Origin: Antechinus flavipes
Taxonomy: Eukaryota
NCBI RefSeq assembly: GCF_016432865.1
Contig: NC_067401.1
Span: 65,782,001 to 65,846,000 of the forward strand
Length of the DNA: 64,000 bases
Reading direction: 5' to 3'
Part shown: positions 38,531 to 49,280 of the stretch, piece by piece
Position numbering within the stretch: position 1 is the first letter of the stretch
How the letters are laid out: each line of letters opens with the position of its first letter
The notes under the pieces: generated by a model
The model's database searches: none
The model's input: the letters and a program-made list of their open reading frames with translations, nothing else
Told to the model about the DNA's origin: nothing
Position numbers and translations under genes: made by a program

Positions 38531-39589
38531 GGATCAAATATTTAGAGTTGAAAGGGAATTTCAACATTGTCAAATCCAATCCTTTCATTTTACAGATGAG
38601 GAAACTGACCAACCAAACTTAAAGGTCTTTCTCAAAGTCACAGAGGTATTAAGAATCTGAGTGAAGATTGTAACTTAGATCCTTTAGTTCCATACTCAAT
38701 GTCCTTTCCACTGAACTACCTCCCAAAAGAATCTACTACCAGTCTTAAAATCCCAAGAGTCATCTTTGAATCTTTCCTTTTCATTATCCAACCTCCTTCA
38801 CCCACTTAATTGCTAGAGCCATCTAAGTAAATAGAGGCCTGAGCCTTCAGTAAGAAATACTGGAGTTCAAATATAATCTCAAATATTGTGTGAATTTTCT
38901 CAATTGAATATGGGGCTGATATAGCATCTACCTCCTAGGGTTGACATGAGAATCAAATGAAAAAATATTTACAAAGTATTTAGCACTGTGCCTAGCACAA
39001 GGTAGGTGCTTAACAAATGCTTGTTCCTTTCCTTTCAAGTACTACTGATTCTATCTCTATATTATTTATTATTATTGTTATTTATATTATATTTTATATT
39101 TTATATATATATTATTATATTACATGCCATATATTTATGTTTTATATTATCATTTATTAACACAGTGCCTGACACATAATGGGTGCTTAGTCTATGTTTG
39201 CTGACTTGACCTGACTTGCCTAGTCCAGATCATTATCACTCCCCTAACTAAGGTAACAACCTAACTCTAATCTCTCCTCTCTACAATCCAGCCTTCATCT
39301 CAAGCCAACAAATGAATCAGTGTGACCATGTCATTCCATCATTCAAAAACTTTTAATGGCTTCCTACTTTCCATATTATAATATAAACGCCTTTGCTAGC
39401 ATTCAAGGCATTCAGTAGTCTACCACTAACCTTACTTCAGATACAACTCTACAAGCACATCATCATCTTTCAGCCAAACAGAACAGCCAGCTGCCCCCAG
39501 ACCTCACCCTGCCCTGCCCCACTTCTCTATCATCACAGAGGCCATTCCCCTTACAGCAATTCTGGAATACAATCCTTTCAATGTTTATC

Positions 39590-39790
39590 ATTATCATTTC
39601 TGACTCTTTATGACCCCATTTGGGGTTTTTCTTGGCAAAGGTACTGAGTAGCTTACCATTTTTTTTCTCCAGCTCATGTTAAAGATGAGAAACTGAGCCA
39701 AACAGGATAACTTGGCAGTGTCTGAGGCTGAATTTGGACTCAGGAAGATGGGTCCTCCTGACTCCCAGAACCAGCTTCTAGCTACTATAC
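39590..39790 (-). mobile_element. MAR1-type SINE
   Basis: GACTCTTTATGACCCCATTTGGGGTTTTTCTTGGCAAAGGTACTG tail plus CORE. Confidence 0.8.
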
Positions 39791-40604
39791 CCACAGTTAC
39801 CCCTTTCTTGAATGCTTTGCCTAAAGGTCTCCTTTATCCTTGTGATATCTCACCTTGTATTACAATGTCACATCCTTTAATAAAATTGGAACACAAGCTC
39901 TTTAAGAGCAGGAACTGTATTAATTTCCTCTTGGAATTAGCAGCACCTAAATTCAGCACTTTACATATAGTAAGTATTCTTATCAAACTAAATAGTTTGT
40001 GTAACAAAGCAGGAATTAGAGCCCAGGGACTAAAAATCCAATGATTTTCTTACCACCCCATTAGAATTATGGTTCTCATACTCAACATGTCATCAATGGC
40101 TGGCTATAAATTTTGTTCAACCGTACATATTGAAGATACAGGAAAAAAGAAAAAAGTGAATAGTGTCTTTATCCTAAAGAATCTTAATATTTCATGGGGA
40201 ATATGATATATTTGCATGAAAAATTTAAAGACTTACCAAAAAAAATTTACAAAGAAAAAAATGAGAATCTAGAATCTAGATGTCCTTCAGGATCAGCTAG
40301 TCTAATTTATACATGGCGGGAAATCCCTTCTAAGACATCCTCAAATTTAGGGTTAGAGTCTTCTACTTTAAGATTTTGGGTGAGACAGAACCTGCAGCCT
40401 TTTGGTATAATCTGTTCCACCTTCCAAGAGTTCTAATGATTAGGGAGTTTCTTCTCAAGTACAGCTTCAGTTTACCACTCTGAAATCTGCACTGGGCCAA
40501 GCAGCACAAGTCTAATCTCGTTTACGTATGAAAAATCTTCAACTAATTGAAATCCTAAAGCTCCTTTTCTCTGGGTTAAGTAACACCATCAATACCTTTT
40601 AATT

Positions 40605-40810
40605 CAGGCATTTTTAATCTGGGATCTCTGAAATTGGTTTTGTTTTGCTTTTGCTGTCATTGTCCTTTATAAGAGTATCTCAATATAATTGCTTTCCTCT
40701 AATTTTATTTTGTTTTATGAATGTAAAAATATTTTTTCAGGAAAAGGGTCCTTAGGATTCGACAGAGTGGCAAGGGAGTTAATGATGCAGGAACAGTTAT
40801 GAAACTCCCT
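40605..40810. mobile_element. hAT-Charlie-type MITE relic
   Basis: CAGGCATTTTTAATCTGGGATC...AAAAGGGTCCTTAGGATTCGACAGAGTGGCAAGGGAG...GTTATGAAACTCCCT. Confidence 0.55.
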
Positions 40811-41089
40811 ACTTTAATTGCACCTAGCTACTCTCTTTTTTTAGCACATACTAGCAGTTTGGCAATCTTAAAATGTTGAACTAAAACAGAACACCACACC
40901 CCAGATGTAGTCTGTCCTAGACAAAGTAAAGTGGGACTATTCAATTCATTTCTCCTCCCACCTCATTTACAAATACTCAATAATTCTATCAAAGTAGCCT
41001 CAGATAGTATTACTTTTTTGCCTATCATGCTACACTAGAGAGCTTTCAAGTCATTAAAACTCCCAAGAGTCTGAGATTTTATTTTTTTC

Positions 41090-41700
41090 TTCTTTAAATT
41101 TTGTTATTTTATTTTTAATTTATGAAATAAAACAAGCATTTCTGTAACATAATAAAATAAAAAATTACACATAAAACTCAAATCTGTTATTTTCAACTTT
41201 TATTTTTTTCAAATATATAATAAAATTATCATGTAACTTCCTGTTTGTTTTTTCTTGCTTTCCTGCCTCCATGGCTGCCATTAGACACAAATTTAAGTGT
41301 GTGTGTATATAAAATCGTTCTATACATAGTCCTCTGTGTCAGTTCTTTCTCTGGACGTAAACAGTATTCCTTTATGAGTCCTTTGTAGTTAATTTGGATT
41401 AATAGTCAAATAGTCAAAAATGACTATTTTTTAAAATTTGATTAGTTGTATTTTTGGTGATAGTTGTATAGCCATGTCTCTCTCTCTCCCCATCACCATC
41501 ATCGCCATTCCTTTACTCCATCCATTACTTGGCCAATAGATTCTTGGAATCCCTGTTGGGTTTGATATATCCCTGCTAAACAAAATCTTCCTAAGATTTG
41601 ATCCATCGTGCCAGTCTGCCAGGATCTTCCAGGATTCCATTTCTATCATTCTTATATCTATCATCTCTTTCAGTTTTATATCAATCCTAATTTTTAAAAA
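41090..41700 (-). mobile_element. L1 3' UTR fragment
   Basis: TTTATTTTTAATTTATGAAATAAAACAAGCATTTC... is the antisense of a marsupial L1 3' end. Confidence 0.55.
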
Positions 41701-44700
41701 AGCCTAAATTTCTATGGTTGTGCTTTAAACAAGAATCCAGTTTTTCTTTCTTTCACTTACTCATTCATCAAAAATATATAATAAGCAGCACCTATGGTAT
41801 AAGGATAATATGGTGAAGATAACACACAATTCTCTATCATGAAATGACCTTATCTAGTTCCATGTATGCTCTCAGGATTTTTACAGGCTCACAGCTAGCG
41901 TCCATACGAATCCTTGACCCCCCCAAGAGCTTTGCAGACTTCATTTCACACTCTACATAGGAAGCAGTGGTGCTGATCTGTGGTGAGCTCTAAAGGGTGG
42001 AGTTTAAAACCAGGAAGAACTATGGTAATGAGACTGTAAAATTAGTAATATAGCAAACCAAAAAAAAGTAAGAGCTGAGATCCAGGAGCACAGACAGTCC
42101 AAAGGTGAAAGAAAAGTTCTCCCTGATATTGGCATTCTCCCAAGATTCCTTCCTTTAGGATCCCAAGTGTCATTAAAGACAAATTATTACTGATGGCAGT
42201 AATGTATCATCATATATGACAGATAAAAATACAGATGTCTCAGAGATGGGGCCATGAATCTATGATTTCATTAGTCTAAGGAACTTTGATGTGAAGCCAG
42301 AAATCTAGAACTGATAATCATGGAATATCTAGAACTGATAACAAGGAATCAGAGACTTAACCTGAAAGGTTAACTGACTTGCCCCTGGAATCATAGAGTC
42401 AGGCTGTGTCAGAAGTAGCAGCTGAACTCTAAGGCAAAAACTCATATTTATGAAGATGTTTTCGATCTTTGAGAGGCAGCAAGCACAACATAGGAAAGAG
42501 AGCAAAGGTAGCCTTGAAATCAGTTGTAGAGAAGATAGAATTGCCCTGTTAGAGGGAGTTCCTTTATCTGGGATTTCCTAAGACCAATAAAATCACAGAC
42601 CTAGTTCCCATCTTTTTAAGATTCACAAAAACGATTCCTCCCTTCCCTTAACCTAGTGAATAAGTGATACAAGTATTATTTATCTCCTTTTATATATTAG
42701 AACTTGAGGGATCTGTCTATGTCACAAGTCAATGTCAGAAGCTGGCTTCAAACTCAAAGGTCCTGATTCCAATTTCAACAGTCCAATTTCAACACTACCT
42801 CCTCTTCTTACCACTAACCACAGTACCTAAATTTAAAAATCTCTTAATTAATAATAATTTGCCTTTATTTATAGCTAAGCTCTACAGTACCATATAAATA
42901 AAAGCTAGAGGTACTTTCCCTTAAAGCTTGCTAACCATTACTGTGTGCAGGATTTATAACCATGAAAGAACATCAAGAGAAGCATTTCACACATAAATGA
43001 CAAAGCTTTAAGATAACATGTGTCAATCACTATTTAGTGTGCTAGTTATTAAACTATAGAACTAACATATAGTCCCTTCAATTAATAAAAAAAAATCAAT
43101 TAATAAGCAGTTCCTAATTCCTAAAGCCAAAAATAAAAATTAAACAGGAGTAACACAATGGTACTCAGTGAACACTGATGTTACTGACAGTGAATTAACT
43201 AAAGTGTATAGGACTGATGAGCAACATCAGAAAACACCAGGGTCTCTACCAGATGTACATTCAATCAATATTAATTTGACTTTGTTTATAGCTAACTTGT
43301 CCCCTAGCACACCAATAACAGTTAGAAGAATTTTTCTTTAAAGCTTACTGAATATCACTGTATGCTGGATTTATAGCCATACAAGAATATTTTTTTTTAA
43401 GATAAGTGCCAAAGCAAGTACCAAGACAGTTCTTTTTAACTTCTTAAATTCAGGGCCTCATTGACAACACGGGTATCCAAGATTCCATGTCTCTGACCAC
43501 ATGAATTTTTTTAATTTTACATTTAAATACCTAGAACTATTTTCAGTCAAGGATCGTAATATTCCAATCCTTACTCCAACACTGCTCAAGAAATAGCATT
43601 GAAAGACTCCTAAAAAGACAAATAATCAGGGAGAAACCAGTTTTAAGATAACAGATAGAAAAAATGTTTATTGAAGAAATCTTTTCTCCCTAATCAATAT
43701 TTAAGCTTACAATTTGGTGATAAGCTCATTTCTTTAATGAAGAGCCATACTCATAAATCTCTAGAAATAGCAACATACTTAGCTAATCATATGTGATAAG
43801 ATAGCTTAACAAAATAACTTTGGTAACTGATCATTTCTCAGCACTAAACATTAGGTTAGACTAAAAAGGAAATCTAATTAAGTACCTGAGTTGAAATAAA
43901 ACAGGAACCCTCTGGAATTAATTTTTGATTTGGCTTCATTTGGATTTTTGATTTTGTTGTGATTTTTTTAAAAGACAAGTTTCAAGCAAGCAGATTTTGC
44001 CCTCTTTGCTACCTCAACTCTCCCCTCCAGGTCTCTACCGCTAAATGTGATAGATATGATTTACTTCCAAGATTTAACATCCCTTCTACTATATGATTAT
44101 ATTTACTAGAATTTTTGGTTCTGTAATTTTTCTCCATTCCTATGTCCATCATTCAAGGTCTAGAGCCTCCTAATTAGTTTCAAGGTCTCAAATCTATGCC
44201 CTCCCCAATATAACCACCACACTACTGCTAAAGTGAGATATTTCTGATCCATAAACTTTAATGATTCAATGATCAAATTCAAACTCTTGTTAGTGTATTT
44301 AAAGCTATTCATATCTTGATTCCAACCGACATCCCTATTATTGTTCTTCCCTAATTTACGGACTAGCCAAAGTGACTTTTTTTGAAAACATCTTATCTCC
44401 TCTGCAATGGTTTTCCCTCCATACCTGGATACCTCCTCTGTCTCACCACTTTTTAGAAGTCTTCATTTCTTTAAAACTCAGAATAACCACCACATTGAAC
44501 ATGAGGTCATTTCTGATCTCCTCAGCTTCAATCCCCCCTTATTATTTCCTTGTACTAATTTAATAAGTCCCTAATGTAAGCTCTCTGATGGCAAGGACTA
44601 TTTATTTTTTTATCTTTGCATTGCCATCACTTAATACAAAGGCATAATCACTGTTACTGACTGGTTTATTTTAATGAATGTAGTGAATTCCCTCTGCTCG

Positions 44701-45413
44701 TGCAAAGTGGAAACTTAAGTGACTTCTGATTTCTAATTATATGAAATTAGTCATATGTCACTTAGAGACTGGCCTGGAGCACAGAGAGATTAAGGCATTT
44801 TGCCACTCACAAAACTAGTGTGTCAAAGGTAGGATTGAATGGGCCAGTCTTTTATCATTTACTACATCAATGGTGTCTTAATTCTAATATAAAGGAAATT
44901 CATTAATCCTTGTAAACAAGGATGCCTTCAGGTCTAATATAGACACTTTTTTATACTGTAATGTTATTCATATTACAATCTATTTTATTTATTTTATTAA
45001 ATATTTCCCAACTACATTTTAATCAGTTTCAGGCTTGCATTTTTGACACTTCTATTATGTGCTAAACTAAACTGACTCTACTAGGTTAATATAGGGAAAA
45101 GAGCCTTGGAGTTGGAGGTAGAAAATCTAAGTAGAAATCAAGTTTCTGATACTAATACTAGTAATATGATGGCGAACCAGTAGTTTAATCTTTCTGGACT
45201 TCAGGTCTATTATCAATAAAATGAGTACTACCTTTTTCAGAGGATCAGGAGCATAGAGTATCATGTAAATGTAAATTCTTGGTTACAATAGCAAAACTAA
45301 GAAGTAAAAATCAAAGTGTGTGCCCTTGATTTCCAAAACAAACGTATAATTGTACTATGTCTAAATCTTTATAGTTGCACCTTTATCTTAAATGTAATAA
45401 GAAAAGCTCTGTA

Positions 45414-45508
45414 TTAGAAGTAAGTGCAAGGGATAATGTTGTAAAAAATTACCCTGGCATGGGTTCTGTCAATAAAAAGTTATAATTATTTTAAAAAGAG
45501 AGAGAGAG
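45414..45508 (+). mobile_element. Extremely 5'-truncated L1 (terminal ~95 bp) with TSD
   Basis: TGCAAGGGATAATGTTGTAAAAAATTACCCTGGCATGGGTTCTGTCAATAAAAAGTTA is nearly identical to 58020-58078. AAGCTCTGTA is repeated at 45404-45413 and 45509-45518. Confidence 0.85.
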
Positions 45509-47542
45509 AAGCTCTGTAGTTATAAACTCTACAGTTAATTCTTTCATAATTTGAAAATAATTATTTTTATATTAAGAAAAATCCCTCCTTCATTTGTCTA
45601 CTTTGAAACTTTAGATTTTCATATTAGCAGAACATACTTCTTCATTCTCAACCTGCTCTTTTTTACACTTGGTCTCCCCAGTAGGTAGATCGTGATGGAC
45701 CAGCAAGTCTCAAAGCTTTAAAAAGTCAATCTGTCAACAGGCTACTCATTATACTCCCACTGTTCTGAAGAAACCCCACAAGGGAACCTGCCCTTCCCCA
45801 CACACACACATACACACACTCACATACATACTCTCACTCTTTGTCTCTCTTTCTCTTCACGTGACTTCAAAAAAAGGCTCTTAGGAAAAGATAGAAGATG
45901 CTATTCCTACAAAAGGTAAGGAACTACCTTTGCATCTAGTAAAACAAATAATATGAGGAGATATTCTTCTGACTACAGGATGATGTTCTGAAGGTAGCAT
46001 AATCTTTTCTTTAAAAGAAAAAGGAAAGTGATCCCTCTAATCAATTCATGGAATAGCGGAAGGGATACTTCAGTACCTGGAAGATCTGGATTCAAATCTT
46101 TGCCTTAGACAATCACCACATATGTGCCACTGATCAAGGCATTGAACTGCTCAGTGTTCCTTAATTTCCTCATCTACAAAGGGGAGTGGGAGAGGAAGGA
46201 GATATGAAAGATGGCCTATATGGCCTCAAGTCCTTTCCAGCTCTAAATCTTTGATCCTAAATTCCCATTCAGAGCAGAAAGATGATTTTGGAAAGAAGCC
46301 AGGTGTTAGAGTGGAAAATATACTAAATTCTGAGTCAAGAAACATGTCCCTATTTTTACATTAAATAACTAATATCTTATAGCACTTTTCTCTTTCTTCA
46401 CCCATAAAAAGGTTTCAATTAGCTACTTTCTGAGATCCCTTTTAGCTTTCCAAATCTTAAGATTTTCCTAAGCTTTCAATAAATAAGATTCCCAGGCAAT
46501 AATAATAAACTTCATCCTATAACCCAAATCAACAGCAAGAAGGATGAAATTTATCAAACATGACACCATCTTCAGAACTTTTAGTTTTCTTCCTCATAGA
46601 TCCTTCTCTATTCCTCCCCAAAATCCACACACCCAAAAATCACTTTCATTTTTCATTAATTGGTCAAAACACAAAACCTGTCTACTAAAGTTTATTTGTT
46701 AAATGCATTAAATGCTCTATATTTAAATGAAAAATCCAAAGATGGACATTTTATATTTCTTTCTGAAAGACCAAAGGATCCTTATTATTTCCTTAATCCC
46801 TAACCCTACTTATACTTTCACAGAACAAAATCTGACTTCCTTCTAAATTATTTCTAACAGCCAGGGTCTTCACATTCTTTCAGTCACAGATAATATTTCA
46901 TGTCATTTAGGATCTATATTTCCAAATCAATATGAAACAATTTACCACAAAACCCATAACACTCAACTGGATATAGCACCACTTATTCACCTGGCTTCAT
47001 CTTTCAGCTAATGCGCTCCATTCATTGAGAACTAAGGACAAAAACATTCTTAGATAAGGCCCAAGTTATTGCTGAAAACTGCAAAGCTTAAAGTACCTTA
47101 GTCTAAGACATTACTATGCACACTGTGGGTGCTCCATAAATATTTGGTGACTGACTAAGAGGTCAATTATCATGCCTTGTAAATTGCCAGTTTCTCTCTA
47201 GCCTTTTCATGTGGGTGTACTCTGGAGTGAATGTTTTTCCTCCAAAACAGCCACCTATATAACCAAGAAGCTGTTACTCTCAAATTTTGCAAACATTCCC
47301 TACAGTACCAGCACCCATATCTACTGAAATTATCTGCTGATCACCTTAAACATATTACAATAAATACAGTGCATCACAACCTAAGCCTTTAAAACACTTC
47401 CAGAATGATGATTTTTTTTTCTCTTATTTATGCTCATCCATTGCGGGGAAAGGAGAGGTTTTAAAGTCTCAGAAACTGCCACAGAGTAGCAAAACATTTT
47501 TCCAAAGAAAAGTGGAAAAAGCAAAACAAAACAGAAACTTAC

Positions 47543-47633
47543 TTTTCATAGACCAGCTCCTCATCGGTGGAGAAATAGTGGGTATTTATTGTGCTTTTTG
47601 GTCTATTCCTTAAAGTAGCAAAATATAAGCGAT
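47543..47633 (-). CDS. CDC14A: CDC14A coding exon 2 ([31 protein letters not shown])
   Basis: Acceptor ctttcag|ATCGC and donor GAAAA|gtaagt. 91 nt, phase-compatible with exons 1 and 3. Intron 1 is 981 nt. Confidence 0.97.
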
Positions 47634-48614
47634 CTGAAAGACAAGTTCAAAAGAGAGGAGAAAATATATGAGAAGTGGGATCACAGATGTAGAGCCACCT
47701 CACCATCTAGCGTAACCCCTTCATTTTATAGATGAGGAAACTGAAGCTCTGGAAGATTATGGATTTGCCCATGGAATCTGAAGCCAGATCTTACAGTCAG
47801 TGCCTGTCTGACCATTGACTTAGTATATTAAGGGTGAGAACTAAACAGCAAAGAGTGCAGAAGAACACAAAGGACCAAAACAATAATCATTTCTTGGATT
47901 TAAAGATATCCCTCTCAACACCAAAATATTTTTTAAAAATAAAAACACGTGGAATTATTGCCTCCAACTGGTATTTTGGCTACTAGCACCAGAAACTGGA
48001 GAACACCTCCGTGAAGGAGGAGAGGAGCAGAAGAGGAAGAGGGAAGGCGACCCACACTTAAGATCGACTCTCCTCTCAACCGGCTCAATTAAAGGGAGTT
48101 GAAGACGCAACAAAAGAAATAATTTTTGCTCCAGGGCAGCTCCTAAACCTAGGGAGGACTAAGAAAAAGAGGTGGGAGGGGGAGAGAAAGGGGTGTGGCT
48201 TGGAGAGGGGGTGGGGTCCAAAAGAATAGAGAGGTCCGAGGAACGAAGAGGAAAGCGGGAGAGGGGGGAAGCTCCCCTCCGGGTGTCCCGGGAAGGCGTC
48301 TCTCCCCTCCCCTCCCCCCGCTAGGTAAGAGTCCCAGAAAGGGACATGAGCAGCTGCTGCGGGGAGATGCGCTCAGACCAAGGACCGACTCCGGGAGGAG
48401 GGGGAAGGACCAGAAGCCGGAAGCGGCAGAGGGTCCCTGGGGAGCTAGGGGACACGAACCAGAGGGGTGCGGAGAAGCCCGGCGGTGGCCTGAGAGCCCC
48501 CTCGGCTGAGAAGCGGCGTAGCCTGGAAAAGGCGGGACAATGCTGGACGGGATGGGACAGGACAGGGACTGAATGGGATGAAAGGGGCGGGGGCTCAGGA
48601 GGGCTGCCCCTTAC

Positions 48615-48663
48615 CTTTCAAGAACTCAGAAGCCCCGATTAGGTCTCCGGCGTCCGCTGCCAT
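48615..48663 (-). CDS. CDC14A: CDC14A coding exon 1 (MAADAGDLIGASEFLK + 1 nt)
   Basis: ATG at 48663-48661 in context AAGATGG inside the CpG island. 49 nt, ending AAAG|GTAAGG (donor). Peptide matches the recalled mammalian CDC14A N-terminus (MAAESGELIGACEFMK). Confidence 0.95.
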
Positions 48664-49199
48664 CTTAAGCGAGAGCCGTGCTCTAAAGGGCTTGATCGTG
48701 ACTTGTTTCACCCACCCCCCGGGAGTTCCCTTCTTCCCCAGGGCCAAAGAGCTCGGAGCTCCGAGCGCGAAGCCAGGCGGAGAGAAAAGCGGCGGCGGAG
48801 GTTACAGCGGCGGCTACGGTGAAGGCGGCGGCGGCGGCAGGAGCGGGAGCAGAAGGCGGAGGCTGCTGGGGGGTCAGCGCGCGGGGCGCCCCGGGGACAT
48901 TCCGAGGGGAGCCCGAGCTCGAGCCCTGCCTTCGCGGGGCGCACACTCCCCGGGCCGCCGCTGCACCGCGCCCGACCCCGCTCCGCCGCCGCCGCGCCTT
49001 GAGATACGCAGACCAGCTCTCACGTCCGGGCAAAGTCTGCTCCCGGCCCCCAAAGTGATCATGGAGGAGGAGACTACTGGCCCCGATCGCGCCCGTGGCT
49101 ACTTGTGCTGCAGGCAGGCAGGCGCCTGGGTGCCTGCCCGACTGGCAGCCGCTGCTCCTCCCCTGCCTTCAGCTCCTTCTCCTGCTTCTGTTTTTGCTT

Positions 49200-49280
49200 C
49201 TGCTGCTGCTGCTGCTGCTGCTTCTTCTCTTCTTCTCCTTCCTCCTCCTTCTCCTCCTCCTCCTCCTCCTCCTCCTCCTC
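49200..49280. repeat. (CTG)7 followed by an interrupted (CCT)n / polypyrimidine tract
   Basis: Read directly; it is (GAG)n...(CAG)7 on the CDC14A sense strand. Confidence 0.95.
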
